DNA from: Haliotis cracherodii
Lineage: Eukaryota
NCBI RefSeq assembly: GCF_022045235.1
Contig: NW_027266268.1
Location: 12,400,001-12,464,000 of the forward strand
Reading direction: 5' to 3'
DNA length: 64,000 nucleotides
Under the pieces are notes generated by a model. It made no database searches. It saw nothing but the letters and a program-made list of their open reading frames with translations, and was not told the DNA's origin. Of this stretch, positions 12,739-26,144 are shown in pieces. The position numbers and the translations under genes were made by a program. Position 1 is the first letter of the stretch. Every line of letters begins with the position of its first letter.

Positions 12739-12894
12739 GGGGCGGTGGGGTAGCCTAGTGGTTAAAGTGTTTGCTTATCATGCCAAAGCCTTGGGTTCGA
12801 TTCCCAACATGGGTACAATGTGTGAAGGCTATTTGTGATGTCCCCTGCCATATTGCTGGAATATTGCTAAGAGTATATACTCACTCACTCACTC
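12739..12894 (+). mobile_element. SINE family B (tRNA-Asp-like head)
   Basis: A box TAGCCTAGTGG, B box GGTTCGATTCC, (ACTC)n tail. Confidence 0.9.
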
Positions 12895-12992
12895 ATTAGT
12901 ATCTTGGATGATACTTAAAAGCTGAACTATGAGAAACTCAGCAATGTTATATATTGTTTGAGTGAAACCAAACATTATTTAAGTATGATATA

Positions 12993-13488
12993 CAGTGATC
13001 GCTCGCTATAACGCTACCAATGGGGTCCAAATAATTGGTGGGCGTTATAGACGATGAGCCGTTTAACCGAGGCCGAGGCGCGCGCTCGGAACATCTCAAA
13101 TCATCAATATGTGTTTATCTCACGTCACATCAAAATAGTATATATTTTTATGGACCTAGATCTACCTGTAATATCATTCATTTATTAAATCTGTCACATT
13201 TCACAAGATCAAAGGTCGATAGTGTGAAAAGTTAATTAGTTGAACAATCGTATTTCCGGGACTTGCCGCGGATGTTTTCAAACAGATTATTAGAACTCCA
13301 TTCAGCGATAAACGGTTGATTATGCAATGAGAAGCGTTATGTGCAAATGAACAACGAACAACAATACAATTATGTCTGTGTAAAACTATCAGTAATAAAA
13401 GTGTACATAAATTTTGGGAGCCATGCATTACCGCGCGTAGTAACCAAAGTAGCGCTTTATCGAAGAGCGCAATAGCGAGCGATCACTG
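12993..13488. mobile_element. Tigger/pogo-like MITE
   Basis: TIR CAGTGATCGCTCGCTAT / ATAGCGAGCGATCACTG, TA on both sides, no ORF. Confidence 0.9.
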
Positions 13489-14104
13489 TATTACAAAAAT
13501 AAGTGTCACATATGTTGCAATACTTTTTTACAGGTATTGATATTTAAGAAATAGCTGACAAAGTGGAATTGTTTATCGTACAATAAACACTATGTACAGT
13601 CTCCTTTAGAATGTTAATAAAATTTACAACTTTAGATAGATTTCCCCTCATTTAAATATTGATGACTTCCTGAATGCAATCCGATCTTGGCAATATCTGA
13701 CAAGTCCATTATGAACTGGCCGGTGTTATTTCCTGAATATTCTCACAAACATCAAAACATTGAAAAATCAGCATCTATATCTTTTATTCCCAAACATACT
13801 CACTAGCCTTTCAAAAAAAAAAGCATCTTTCAACTTATGACGTCGTCCAGTTTCAAATGTTACATTGTTGAATCTCCAGAAATAATGTCATGGTAGGACT
13901 AAGTTTTAGTGTGACATAAGCCACGACTCTTTCTTCAATTTTTTTGTGTGCTTTATCGCATAGGTATCTTATATTTGGCAATAGTTACACATCTAAATAT
14001 ATATCCTATGAAGGTGGGTTAACCAAAGTGAGATCTGTAGTCTGTCTTACAGACCCTGATACAAATATATCAAATACAGCCCATGAAAGTCTATAATGTT
14101 TGGC

Positions 14105-14269
14105 GGGGCGGTCGGGTAGCCTAGTGGTTAAAACGTTCGCTCGTCACGCCGAAGACCCGGGTTCGATTCCCGACATGGGTACAATGTGTGAAGCCCATTT
14201 GTGGTGTCCCCCGCCGTGATATTGCTTGAATATTGCTAAAAGCGGTGTAAAACTAAACTCACTCACTCA
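14105..14269 (+). mobile_element. SINE family B, young full-length copy
   Basis: Intact A and B boxes, CpGs retained, perfect 14-bp TSD CTATAATGTTTGGC. Confidence 0.95.
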
Positions 14270-15094
14270 CTATAATGTTTGGCAAGTCTAGATTTCTGCA
14301 GTATCAGGGATGAGATCTGCAACTATCAGAATTGTTTGCCATGTCATCTATTATTGTAAATCATCATTTTGTAGTGCTGTTTTTTTGCAAACTTGACTGC
14401 AGATGACAGGACAAAGGCTGTAGATCTGAGGAGTGTGATGAAGGCTATCGGTGCACATTGGGTCATGTCGGCCTTTGAGAAAGTGTTGCAGGGGTGGGGC
14501 CTGGACTGCTGGAGTGGTCAATGATGCCTACTTTGACATGAGTGGGTAGAACTCTTGACCGGATGCCTTTTGTGTAATTCCTATTCTTTGAATGACATGG
14601 TTATATACTTGTTACAACTGCTGCTCAATAAATTGTGTTCGTGTTTATATTCAAGTTCAAGGTGCGCTATCCAAAGTTCCCCAACCTATAGTGCAGCATT
14701 CTTCCAAATTCCAAATCTCCCCAAAATTAAATAAGGAACATATTCTCCTCGGTAGAACCACTAATTGGCCTTGCGAGCCCGTGTGCGAAATACGCATAAA
14801 GTCAGAAAGTGCTTGTAAAAACTCCAACTCTCTCCCTCTCTCTTATCCAAAGTGTACAGTGAGGCCGTCTTATGGTTGATAGTCATTTTGGAGACATAAA
14901 TGTGAAGTTTCATTAACGCGAACAAACACAACTCGCATTTTTCGCATTTAATTCACGCTCGTGTTAATTTAAAGTTTTACAGTATCTGTTCAACTGAACC
15001 CAAGGGATTAAGGATATATTGACCCCCAAAGTAAATTATCAATACCATGATAACTTGTGAGTAAATACAGTACTCAATAGCTCAAAATAGTATA

Positions 15095-15246
15095 GGGGCG
15101 GTCGGTTAGCCTACTGGTTAAAGCATTCATTCGTCACGCCGAAGATCCAGGTTCAATTCCCGACATGTGTGAAGCCCATTTCTGGTGTCCCCCGCCGTGA
15201 TATTGTGAGAATATTGCTAAAAGAGGCGTAAAACTATACTCACTCA
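15095..15246 (+). mobile_element. SINE family B
   Basis: Homologous to 14105-14269; imperfect TSD CTCAAAAT.GT.TAG. Confidence 0.9.
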
Positions 15247-15580
15247 CTCAAAATGTTTAGAGTCCTGTAACTTACTGCAGAATGTTCAGTTCAAATTCAG
15301 GTCAGTGACGTCAGATCTACAGATAGCATCTCTACATAGTGTGTTTATTCTCCTAATTGACCACAAAAACTGTAAAATGAGTAAAACAAACAGGTTTTGC
15401 CTTAGTTTAAAATAATTAGCTATTGTAAGGATCATGTTGGTGGGGTATATATTTCCTTTCTGTGCAGCTAATGAATAGATCGACTGGCATATATCCCTGA
15501 TACACGCAAACACTGGCGGCTAATTGGGCATTGGGTTTTGATAACCACACTAATGAGCATTGAAAACACATGTTGCAGGA

Positions 15581-15804
15581 TTGAATAGGCTGCCATTGGA
15601 TATCAGGAACATTGACAGACATACTTTGTTCCGATCAAGACTCAAAACCTATCTTTTCACCAAATCTTTCTTGGAGTATTGAGGCTTTGTGTTTTCCTAG
15701 CTGTGTAATGTCTCTTTTTGTGTAGACTCAGATGAAGCGCTTTTGAGGAGTTCTTCGAACTGGATACCAGCGCTATTTAAATCTGTAGTTATTATTATTA
15801 TTAA
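15581..15804 (+). mobile_element. 3' end of an L2/CR1-group LINE (ORF2 C-terminus plus 3' UTR)
   Basis: 15581-15682 translates to LNRLPLDIRNIDRHTLFRSRLKTYLFTKSFLEY*, matching the WNxLP...FKxxLKTxLF motif; followed by AAGCGCT..AGCGCTATTTAAAT and a (TTA)n tail. Confidence 0.85.
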
Positions 15805-15974
15805 TGTCTGGTGATGGATGCTGGCTGCTGCTCTATCAGTCAATGCATCCTTATAATCTGATACATTGATTTGTTTAAGTATGGGACACAATAGTGTACT
15901 GGTAACAGTTATAGGAACTACCACCCCGTGGGGATAGGCTAGAAATGGTCCCCAGCAACTTATGAATGGATTGG

Positions 15975-16080
15975 TGCTCACAATAATGATCACTGGATTG
16001 TCTGTCCAAGACTCGATTATTTACAGACCGTCATGACATAGCTGGATAAATATTGCAGAGTGCAGAGTTAAACAACAAAT
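15975..16080 (+). mobile_element. SINE family D, 3' part
   Basis: ATCACTGGATTGTCTG..AGACTCGATTATTTACAGACCG..ATAGCTGG..TTAAACAACAAA. Confidence 0.75.
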
Positions 16081-16454
16081 AATTGGAACAGATATATCCA
16101 TTGTCGTGTTGATTATATTTTAGGATTAGGCCTACGTGCAATTGTGTTCATTACAGTGTTGTTGAGTATGTTATACTGCACCGTGTATGTAGACATTAAT
16201 GTTGAATACAGTATGTGCGTGACTGGTTTCATGGTAACTGTCAAGGTGATGAGCGGAGAGCATTGATGCACATCTGGACAGAATTGACAGAATGATGATT
16301 TGTATCCAAATATATCATCATGGCTAGCATGCAATAACAAAGCTTGAGGCCATTAATTAGTTGAATGAGAAATACATGCATTGTCAATTAATTCAAAGTG
16401 TGTTCTTGTCATTTGGTTCAGCGCAAAATGTGTTCTATACATGGGGTCTGTTGA

Positions 16455-16597
16455 NNNNNNNNNNNNNNNNNNNNNNNNNNNNNNNNNNNNNNNNNNNNNN
16501 NNNNNNNNNNNNNNNNNNNNNNNNNNNNNNNNNNNNNNNNNNNNNNNNNNNNNNNNNNNNNNNNNNNNNNNNNNNNNNNNNNNNNNNNNNNNNNNNN
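16455..16597. other. assembly gap
   Basis: Run of N. Confidence 1.
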
Positions 16598-17130
16598 TTT
16601 TATACCACAGGTATCCAGGTTCTAGTATCTGCTCAAATATAATTATATTTGTTCATTCGAGTTATCATTCTCAACTCCCTGGGGAGTATACAACCCAAGC
16701 TGCCCACTGGCGCTTACTGAGAAAGTTTTTACATCTACCTCGGGGGACATTTTTTTTCATTCCTAGACCGGTGCTTAGATGGGCGTGCAGTGCAGGACAT
16801 TACACAGCATGTATAGTCATGCGACACATTTTAACTTTGATCAACTTCGGCATCTCATACTTAGCATTATAATGGCAACACCAGCACCTGATTGGCACAG
16901 AATTTTAAAAAAATATTTCTGCACATAGATAGTCATCTCAAGATACAACATTGATCTTGGCGCCATGTCAATGCCCCTCTTCAAGGTATTCTTGTATTGT
17001 GTAGATGTTTGGAATTGTTTATTGTTAGATGCCAGGGTTGCACAGTCAGATTATATCTTAGTTTGAGGGGGGGGCATGCTACAGCAGGGTCAGTTGGTGC
17101 ATCAAAGAAGTATATGCTATATCTAGTAGC

Positions 17131-17210
17131 CTCATTTGTGGTGTCCCCCGCCGTGATATTGCTGGAATATTGCTAAAAGCGGCGTAAAACCATACTCACT
17201 CACTCACTCA
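17131..17210 (+). mobile_element. 5'-truncated SINE family B with TSD
   Basis: Only the 3' 80 bp are present; perfect 14-bp TSD CTATATCTAGTAGC at 17117-17130 and 17211-17224. Confidence 0.9.
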
Positions 17211-18330
17211 CTATATCTAGTAGCAGGAATCCTTTCTTTGATCCGAAGAAGTAACTTGGAGATGGTTAGTTTGTGCTGCAGTCTACACTATGAGCTTCAA
17301 CTTCGAAAAAAATAGATCTCTAAATAATATTTTTTTCAAAATATGAGTGAAGGAACAGTCAAACAAATAAATTTAGATCGTCTATCATCTCTGCATTTTT
17401 GGTAGGAGAGGGCTTTTGTCGACAGATCCATTATCCAAAATATATAATGAGTTTTCAAGAATATGAGAAAGTAATAAATCAGAGAGCAAATTTGAGCCAT
17501 TCCTCATTGATTGCTTCATCTTATCCAGGCAGCATCTCTGCATTTCTACAGCTTCCAGGAGTACTAGGATCACAATTTCAGAAGAAGGCTTGTAACTGAA
17601 ATGTTGTTTGAGATTGTGCATTGGCACAAAGTGCTCTGACTTTCATCAAGGTCTTCGAGTGAACAGGCTGTCCTGACAGTGCCATCTGTTTGCCAAACTA
17701 ACTACTTACTCTGTAAATGATGTTTAATTTGCCATTTTCTAAACTTCAGACCTCTAATTCCCATTTCGAGGTTATGAGTTTAATATGAATTGCTTCTCAA
17801 TCATGTCAATCATTCCGAAGGAAATGTGTATGGAAAGAGTTGAGCTTCAGTTAGGTATGCGTTAGGATCAAGGTGCTGTGTGTATGGCAGGTCACTGTTT
17901 GATAGTTGTACAAAATACTTTGTTAAGGCTGCACTCTATAGGATGAAAGCCTGAATATATAAGTCCAGACCAGACCAGACCAGACCAACCAGTGATTGAT
18001 ATTATCAGCAACATCCAAAACTGTTCGATTACGATGACTTGCAAAAGAAACATGAAATTATTCATCGTGAGCACCCAATCCATTTATTCTGACATATTGC
18101 TGGGGACTTATTCTAATACGGAATCCCCATGAGTTTCTGAATACATTGAGCTATGTGAAGATGTTTCGTGTACATGCGCTAGCGTGTAATTTTTGTGAAA
18201 TTGTCACCCCATCCCACTTTTACCCCATTTTCAGCTCTAGACTCATCCCCTTCTGAGATGTAGAATCCCATTCTAATCCCCCTTTCAGATCTAGGGTCTG
18301 TCCACATTTGCAGATCTACCAGCCCTTACA

Positions 18331-18607
18331 GATCTGTGAAGATCCGGGATAGAATAGGTCTTCAGCAACCCATGCTTTTGCCCTGAAAGGCGTCTATGCT
18401 TGTCGTAACAGGCGACTAACATGATTGGGTGGTCAGGCTCGCTGACTTGGTTGATGCATGTCATCATATCCCAATTGCATGGATCAATGCACATGATGTC
18501 AATCGCTGGACTGTCTGGTCCAGATTCGATTATTTACAGACCGCTGTCATATAGCTGGAATATTGCTGAGTGCTGAGTTAAACAAACAAACAAACAAACA
18601 AACAAAC
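18331..18607 (+). mobile_element. SINE family D, full length, duplicated-hairpin variant
   Basis: GTGAAGATCCGGGATAGAATAGGTCTTCAGCAACCCATGC head, (AAAC)n tail, imperfect TSD ACCAGCC.TTA. Confidence 0.9.
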
Positions 18608-18884
18608 CAGCCTTTAGACAAATTGAGTTAGGAAATTAGGAGACTCAAAGGCTCATAAGTTCAACTCCATAGAATTATTGTATTAATCCATATTTATAAC
18701 TTTATTTTGGTTTCCTGGGGACCATATGTTATGAGTGTTGGTACAGCCTGTTTCTAGCAGTTTAGTGTCACTGAACTGTGAATTCAGATTAAATTGGGAT
18801 ACTGGCTCTTGGTTTGTGCAACATGGCAGCAAGCCTGCTTGTCACATGACACAACAATCCTGGATATTGGCATGAATGCTGATC

Positions 18885-19070
18885 ATAAGAGGCGACAACC
18901 TATAAGTGGATTGGGTGGTTCAGTGACTTGGTTGATTGCATGTCATTGTATCTGAACTGCGTGGATCGATATCAATCACTGGATTGTCTAGTCCAGACTC
19001 GATTATTTACAAACCAAAGTCAAATTGCTGGAATAGTGCTGAGTGCAGCATTTAACAACAGACAAACAAT
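18885..19070 (+). mobile_element. SINE family D, degraded
   Basis: TAAGAGGCGAC...ATCACTGGATTGTCTAGTCCAGACTCGATTATTTAC...AACAA tail. Confidence 0.7.
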
Positions 19071-19214
19071 CTTGTTTACAGCCTCACCCAACCACTTGTT
19101 GGAGGAGGTGACTGTATGATGTAATATGTGCTGCATGGGAGGAGAACCTCTACTCCTCGAGGAGACCACTCAGCAAGGAATGAAATAAAAGTAGGATTTT
19201 CTCAGCGATGTGTG

Positions 19215-20051
19215 TTTTTAGTGTTAAGAGCTGTGTTTTAAAGGGATTTCCAGTGATGGGTGCTTATAGTGTGTACAGCTGCGTTGAGGGATTTCCAGTG
19301 ATGTGTGATTATAGTGGGTAGAGCTGTGTTGAGGGATTTCCAGTGACGTGTGCTTATAGTGTGTAGGGCTGTGTTTAGGGATTTCCAGTGATGGGTCTTT
19401 ATAGTGTGTAGAGCTGCGTTTAGGGATTTCCAGTGATGTGTGATTATAGTGGGTAGAGCTGTGTTTAGGGATTTCCAGTGATGTGTGATTATAGTGTTTA
19501 GAGCTGTGTTGAGGGATTTCCAGTTATGTGTGCTTATAGCGTATAGAGCTGTGTTGAGGGATTTCCAGTGATGTGTGCTTATAGTGTATAGAGCTGTGTT
19601 TAGTCATTTCCAGTGATGTGTGCTTATAGTGTGTAGAGCTGTGTTTAGTCATTTCCAGTGATGTGTGCTTATAGTGTGTAGAGCTGTGTTTAGGGATTTC
19701 CAGTGATGTGTGATTATAGTGTTTAGAGCTGTGTTTAGGGATTTCCAGTTATGTGTGCTTATAGCGTATAGAGCTGTGTTGAGGGATTTCCAGTGATGTG
19801 TGCTTATAGTGTATAGAGCTGTGTTTAGTCATTTCCAGTGATGTGTGCTTATAGTGTGTAGAGCAGTGTTTAGTCATTTCCAGTGATGTGTGCTTATAGT
19901 GTGTCGAGCTGTGTTTAGGGATTTCCAGTGATGTGTGCTTATAGTGTGTAGGGCTGTGTTTAGGGATTTCCAGTGATGTGTTCTTATAGTGTGTGGAGCT
20001 GTGTTTAGTCATTTCCAGTGATGTGTGCTTATAGTGTGTAGAGCTGTGTTT
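19215..20051. repeat. 45-bp minisatellite, about 18 copies
   Basis: Unit TAGGGATTTCCAGTGATGTGTGCTTATAGTGTGTAGAGCTGTGTT. Confidence 0.95.
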
Positions 20052-20502
20052 GGCTTACCTCCAGGTTTTCAGCTTATCATGGGATGGGAGGATGTCCTTT
20101 ACTTGACAGACATTAACTGAGATTTACCAGACAACGATCAATAACTCCAAGCCTTTTAATTGTAGTAATCCGTTCTGCATTTAACTGGGATATCTGAGCT
20201 TAAGGGCTATGAAAGAATTCTGTAGAATTGGTAAACGTTGGAAGTTGGACCAGTGGCTGTCTCAGTTATTTTGGAATTGCTTTTCGTATAAAAGGATCCA
20301 TTTTGTTTTGGTACATGTGCTTGTCTTTCAGGATGTAATATTCTAAAGTGATGCTTTGTCAATTTGCTGTTCCTTAGATGAACATTTTAATGCTGACACT
20401 AACAGGATAAACAGGGACTCATCATCTCATTGGAATTATATATTATGGGGGATATTGCCATGAGCCAGTGATTTTGTCTGACATGACTGATTGTGAGAGA
20501 CC

Positions 20503-21578
20503 TAGCTGATTGTATCTTACCTGGCTGATTGTGTCTGATTGTGTCTGACCTAGTGATTGTGTCTTACCTGGCTGATTGTGTCTGATGTGGCTAATTGTGG
20601 CTGATTTGGCTGATTGTGTCTTACATGGCTGATTGTGTCTGAAGTGGCTTATTGTTTCTTACCTGGCTGATTGTGTCTGAAGTGGCTGATTGTGTCTTAC
20701 CTGGCTGATTGTGTCTGATGTGGCTGATTGTGTCTTACCTGGCTGATGGTTTCTTACCTGGCTGATTGTATCTGAAGTGTCTGATTGTGTCTTAAGCTGG
20801 CTGATTGTGTCTTACATGGCTGATTGTGTCTTATATGGCTGATTGTGTCTTACATGGCTGATTGTTTCTTACCTGGCTGATTGTGTCTGATGTGGCTAAT
20901 TGTGTCTGAAGTGGCTGATTGTGTCTTACCTGGCTGATTGTGTCTAAAGTGGCTAATTGTGTCTTACCTGGCTGATTGTGTCTTACCTGGCTGATTGTGT
21001 CTGAAGTGGCTAATTGTGTCAGATGTGGCTGATTGTGTCATACCTGGCGGATTGTGTCTGAAGTGGCTGATTGTGTCTTACATGGCTGATTGTGTCTGAT
21101 GTGGCTGATTGTTTCTTACCTGGCTGATTGTGTTTGATGTGGCTAATTGTGGCTGATTTGGCTGATTGTGTCTTACATGGCTGATTGTGTCTGAAGTGGC
21201 TGATTGTTTCTTACCTGGCTGATTGTGTCTGAAGTGGCTGATTGTGTCTGATGTGGCTAATTGTGTCTGATGTGGCTGATTGTGTCTTACCTGGCTGATT
21301 GTGTCTGAAGTGGCTGATTGTGTCTTACATGGCTGATTGTGTCTTACATGGCTGATTGTGTCTGAAGTGGCTGATTGTGTCTTACCTGGCTGATTGTGTC
21401 TTCACTGGCTGATTGTGTCTGAAGTGGCTGATTGTGTCTTACATGGCTGATTGTGTCTGAAGTGGCTGATTGTGTCTGAAGTGGCTGATTGTGTCTTACC
21501 TGGCTGATTGTGTCTTCCCTGGCTGATTGTGTCTGAAGTGGCTGATTGTGTCTTGAGCTGGCTGATTGTGTCTGAAAT
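20503..21578. repeat. 19-bp minisatellite, about 55 copies, two interspersed variants
   Basis: TGGCTGATTGTGTCTTACC / TGGCTGATTGTGTCTGAAG. Confidence 0.95.
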
Positions 21579-23181
21579 GAACATATTTTACAGATAAATA
21601 CAGTTGTTAAATTATAGCTATGAAAAATATAATAAAAAGGAGCCCAGAGACTCTCATCATTTTCAGATACTAAAACAGCAGTAATCTAGACTTGCCAAAT
21701 ATTATAGACTTGCATGGACTGTATTGGATGTATTTGTTTCAGAGTCTGTATGACAGACTATAACACATTAGGGCACAGTGTGGAGCTCGGTGAAGCACAA
21801 AACTGCCAGGAGCTGTTATTCTTGGAGAATAAAACTGTGATGAGAGCTCCAGATGAAGTGCTAGGCATGCTGTTCACTTTTCTTTGTACTATAGACAGGA
21901 GATGGTTGAGATAGACATGATGTGTGAGGTCATACTGACACTGCATCACTTGACTTGCTTTATGTTTGAGCTGCTATTGTAACTGAATCACATTCTCCAT
22001 CTATGGCTATCATCAATGTAGAAATTGATATGCAACTTTATGCACGGTACTGAGGACTGATATTTTTGGTGAAAACTGTTTATAGGCTACTCATTATCTT
22101 AAAGTCACATTTTAGAACCTGTAGTTTTAAAGAAGATGGGGTTGACATTGGATTTTAACTTTGATATTCTTTCAATGATTCATTTTGGTACAGGAGTGAT
22201 GCTCAATCAAAAAACATTACAGCTTGTTGTTTGGGCTGTATCCATGACAACCATGGCGCGATCATCCCATCTCACCTCTGATAGAGAGCACTAGGCAATC
22301 AGTGTGTCTTATTTGTATATCCTCTTACAAAAAGGTTAATCTGATTAGGGTGTTTATTTTCCTGATGAGTTATCCATTACTGTCAAAATATGCTTCCTTG
22401 TACACTAATGGGGTAGTTGGACAATTTTGTGACACATTATTTCATGCCTAAATGTATTGTATTCCATGCGAATTGATATTTTTGTTCATTTGTATATCCC
22501 TCCATTGAGCCAGTGTCTGCATGATGAACAACATGTCCTTAATGGTAATATGATTATCATTCAATTAGGCATGTTAGAAAATGATGCATTAAATAATTGG
22601 AGAACTCCTTTCATGAAGTGATGGACCCCTGAGGCCAGACATCTTTTGGGGGGTATTTTTATTTTTGTAGTGAAACAGTTAGTGGGTAGGTCTGAATTAT
22701 TATTCTTGAAATGCATTGTAATTTGTTCTGAATTATTGTTAAATTGTCATTCTGATGTACATTTTTTCTTCTGAACTTTGGATCCATAAACCCAAACAAA
22801 AATATGATGTGTCAATTCACGAAAAATCTTCAGTCCACCTTGATGTTATTGGTTGTTTTTAGACTTAATGCTGATGAGTCAAAAACATATTATTTTGCCT
22901 AATGTCTTTTATATGTAGTCCTATTTATTTTCCTGAAATGTTGCAACTTGACACTATGATAATGTCAACTTTGTCAAATCACTTGATAAGATAAACATGT
23001 CATTTATCAAGATGATCTATGCAATCTTCACTATGTTAAAGCAATACATTCTGTATAAACCTACTGAAAAATACCATTTGGGAACCTGCCAACCAGCTCG
23101 ACAATCCAATCCAATCATTGTCATTAAATAAGTCACCAGAAATATATTTCAATAAGTTAAATTAAAAAAATCACAAATGCA

Positions 23182-23385
23182 AGTGAGTTAAGTTATGTCA
23201 GCATGATGTGGGAGGAAAGCCCGAATAGACATTTTCCATGTTGGTGAAACCTAAAGCTATGGTGCGGAAAAATCTCGAAACATAATCAGGGCAAACTGGA
23301 TCGAACTCATGACCATAGGATTCTGGTACCTTTAAGGGACACTACTCTGCACAGCAAATTCCAGCACCTTAGACCAGTTGCCGCA
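23182..23385 (-). mobile_element. SINE family C, degraded
   Basis: GTGGGAGGAAAGCCCGAA..GAAACATAATC..CTCTGCACAGC..CCTTAGAC matches 45372-45639. Confidence 0.75.
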
Positions 23386-24072
23386 ATGTACCATGGAAAG
23401 TTATGCCACCAAAACAAACTTTTATGAGAATAAACACATTTTGTTAAGTAACCCATCTGATTTAAGCACATTCCTCGGACAATTCAACACAATAAGATCC
23501 GTGCTGGAACCCTGAGTGAAGACTCAGTAAGCATTATGTAAAGAAGATCACAATCTGCACATGTCTGGCTGCAGGAAGTCCTCAATCTCCATGTATCCAT
23601 AATACGATTTTATAACCTTCACAACAAATTGCTCTTCCCAGGAGATCAACCTAAACTATCAGCATTAAACTCCACTCTGTGCCTGAGGGGCGGTGTGTGA
23701 GATTTGTATTCCTAATAGGATTCCTTCAGGAATAATGGTTACGTATCGATTGGGGCTCTTTTCCTCATTTCATCTTTGACACTGAGTTTCTCATCAACAT
23801 TTGCATGACTGTAATTTTTTCCAGTAGAGAATATCAAATGGAAAAAGGTCTGGCATATGTATCAGTGATGTAACTTTTTGAATTTCATATGTATTACCAT
23901 TAATTCTTTGGAGTCATTTGATGTAATGTTGTTTTCGTGTGGTAAATGAGAGTATATATGATGATAGGGAATACTAGCTTGTGTCTGAGACTTAACTGTG
24001 GCCCATGAAGTGACATGAAGTGCAAGGTTTAACGGAATAAGTTTATAAAGCAACCTTAGTCTCTTGACTTCA

Positions 24073-24353
24073 GGGGGCACGGGTGGCTCAGTTGTCTAAG
24101 GTGCCACGATTTGCTGTGCAGAGTTGCATCACTGATCGTAAGTGAATGATTATGTTTCTATGTTTGTCAGCACCATACCCGTGTTCATAGGTTTCACAGA
24201 AGTGGTAAACATAGGAGATCAGGTTTCCTCCCACATTATGCTGACACACCATGATATAACTCGAATACTGTTCAAAGTTTTTAAACCCAACTCCACAACT
24301 CCCCATCTCCCCTACTCACTCAGTCACTCATTCACCCAAAACTCACTCACTCA
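24073..24353 (+). mobile_element. SINE family C with an internal deletion removing the B box
   Basis: GGGGGCACGGGTGGCTCAGTTGTCTAAGG head and (ACTC)n tail. Confidence 0.8.
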
Positions 24354-24469
24354 CAGGATTAGGTGGTCTAGCTCATAGCATGTCCTTGTACTCCGACAGC
24401 GTGGATCGTTCCTCACGATATCAATCACAGGATTGTCTGGTCCAGATTTGATTATTTACAGGCTGTATG

Positions 24470-24858
24470 CAGGGCTGGGACGAGTCCACATTTACTACCC
24501 GGTACCCGATGCCCTATTACCTGACCCTTCCTGGGTTCCCACCGTAGGTGTCAAGTTGGGTACAGAATGTCCTCTATTGAATTGTTTACTTAAATCATGT
24601 TAAATACCTGCATAATACAACTGATCATGCATACACTGACATTGACCGAAGCTCTATCTTTATTCAAACATATAAAAGTCAGAAGGATTCTGTGCATTGT
24701 CAAAAAGAAATGCGAACATTTAGCGACTTGTAGTGTAACAGTGACTGTTATTGTCATAAAACGGGTCCGGGTAGTCCTGTGGGTGCCCGGGTCCTACCCT
24801 GGACCCTAGACCATGGACCCACCCAACCCCAAGTATCCAAGTTACCCCTCCCAACCTA
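24470..24858. mobile_element. hAT-like MITE inserted in a family D SINE (24355-24920)
   Basis: Ends CAGGGCTGGGACG / CCTCCCAACCTA with TACCC subterminal repeats; SINE D sequence stops at ATTATTTACAG and resumes after 24858. Confidence 0.7.
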
Positions 24859-25808
24859 GACAGTTGTCATTCTGCTGAAGTTATTGCTGGAGTGTCATGT
24901 GTGTTCAACAACAAACAAACATAACTAGCCTTTTTAATGTTCTTATTTCATCCACACTCATTTTTGTTTAAAATATGACTTATATTAACTCTGCGGGAAT
25001 AAAAAGATTTGGGGTCCTCATGATTTTAATTTAATCCACATTTACAACATGTAGCATGAGCAGATCGCTATACCAAGTAATGGAAAAAAACACACCTCAC
25101 ATATTGGTTTGTGTTCTTTCTGTCATAGAAAACATCGCAATTCCTGCTCGATTCCTCACATTTCAAACCCAGGAATCTTCGACCACACATGCTGGAATTG
25201 TGTGGGTGTCCGTCACCTTTACGCACAGGTAGAACAATATAGCGCAAGTCTATATCAGGGACCATGTTGTCCCGGGTACTCACATCCCACACTGTGGTAT
25301 AGAAATAGAAAATTGATGAAAATGAGCTTTTCTTGTTGGGACTGTGTATATAGGCCTATCATTGCCTGGCATCCACTGCTTATTGTGACAGAATTAGTCA
25401 TGGACAGAGCTTGTGTTTCCAAGTGGTCTCGATGTTTTGTTGACTTTGTATACATTGATAAATGCAGTGCCTCAAAAAAGCAATAAATAGACTAAAAGGT
25501 TCTAATTGGGTTGCATGCATGTGTGTTTAGAGAAACTGTAGAGAGGGAGTTGTGAAATCCTCAGCAGTACAAGATCCAACAACTGATATCATTCTTCAGT
25601 AACATTTCAACAGTGTTGTCTTGATGGCTCCAAAGTCTAAGCAGATGCCAGGGTATTAAACCATAATCTCAACTGGCTTAGTCACCAATTAATTCTATTG
25701 CTGATTCCCTGATGCATTATTGTATTATAGTGTTATAAATATTATATCAAAATGTTGTTCTTGTATTAAGTGTTTGACATGTATTTGAATTGCATATACA
25801 TTGCATAT

Positions 25809-25925
25809 ATAGAGGATATTATATTCATGTTCATAGTATGTTTACAACACAAGTGTCTAAATGCCGGAATTTAGGCACGAGTGTCGTAAACATAGTATGA
25901 CATAAACATGAATATAATGTTCTAT
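25809..25925. repeat. long imperfect palindrome (about 55-bp arms), probable end of a palindrome-type DNA element
   Basis: ATTATATTCATGTT..GTTTACAACAC..CTAAAT / ATTTAGG..GTGTCGTAAAC..AACATGAATATAAT; TGACGTCA motifs follow, as inside 8377-9234. Confidence 0.75.
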
Positions 25926-26144
25926 GTCTACATACAGAGACGAATTTTAGTGTTTAGTGTTTATCTATAATAGCAGCAGAACCTCAATTTGTCAATTGAC
26001 GTCAACAATCTTCAGCTATGACGTTGTTTCTAGTGTGACGTCATTCTGACCTCATGTCACAATAACATTTGAATGACATCAACAATGCCGTCAACAATAC
26101 ACTGTTGTTTTGTGACATCATATGACCCTAGAGCACATATGATT

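Noticed and set aside
14105-14180. Functional tRNA-Asp genes (also at 32167 and other family B copies)
   Set aside because: The acceptor stem does not close, and the head is fused to a body and (ACTC)n tail bounded by TSDs, so these are SINEs.
16361-16872. ORFs spanning the N runs (also 36013-36517)
   Set aside because: They are artefacts of translating through assembly gaps.
19215-21578. Regular arrays here and at 26.4-27.1, 50.1-52.4 and 55.2-57.1 kb as CRISPR-like arrays
   Set aside because: Units are head-to-tail without unique spacers, there are no cas genes, and the context is eukaryotic.
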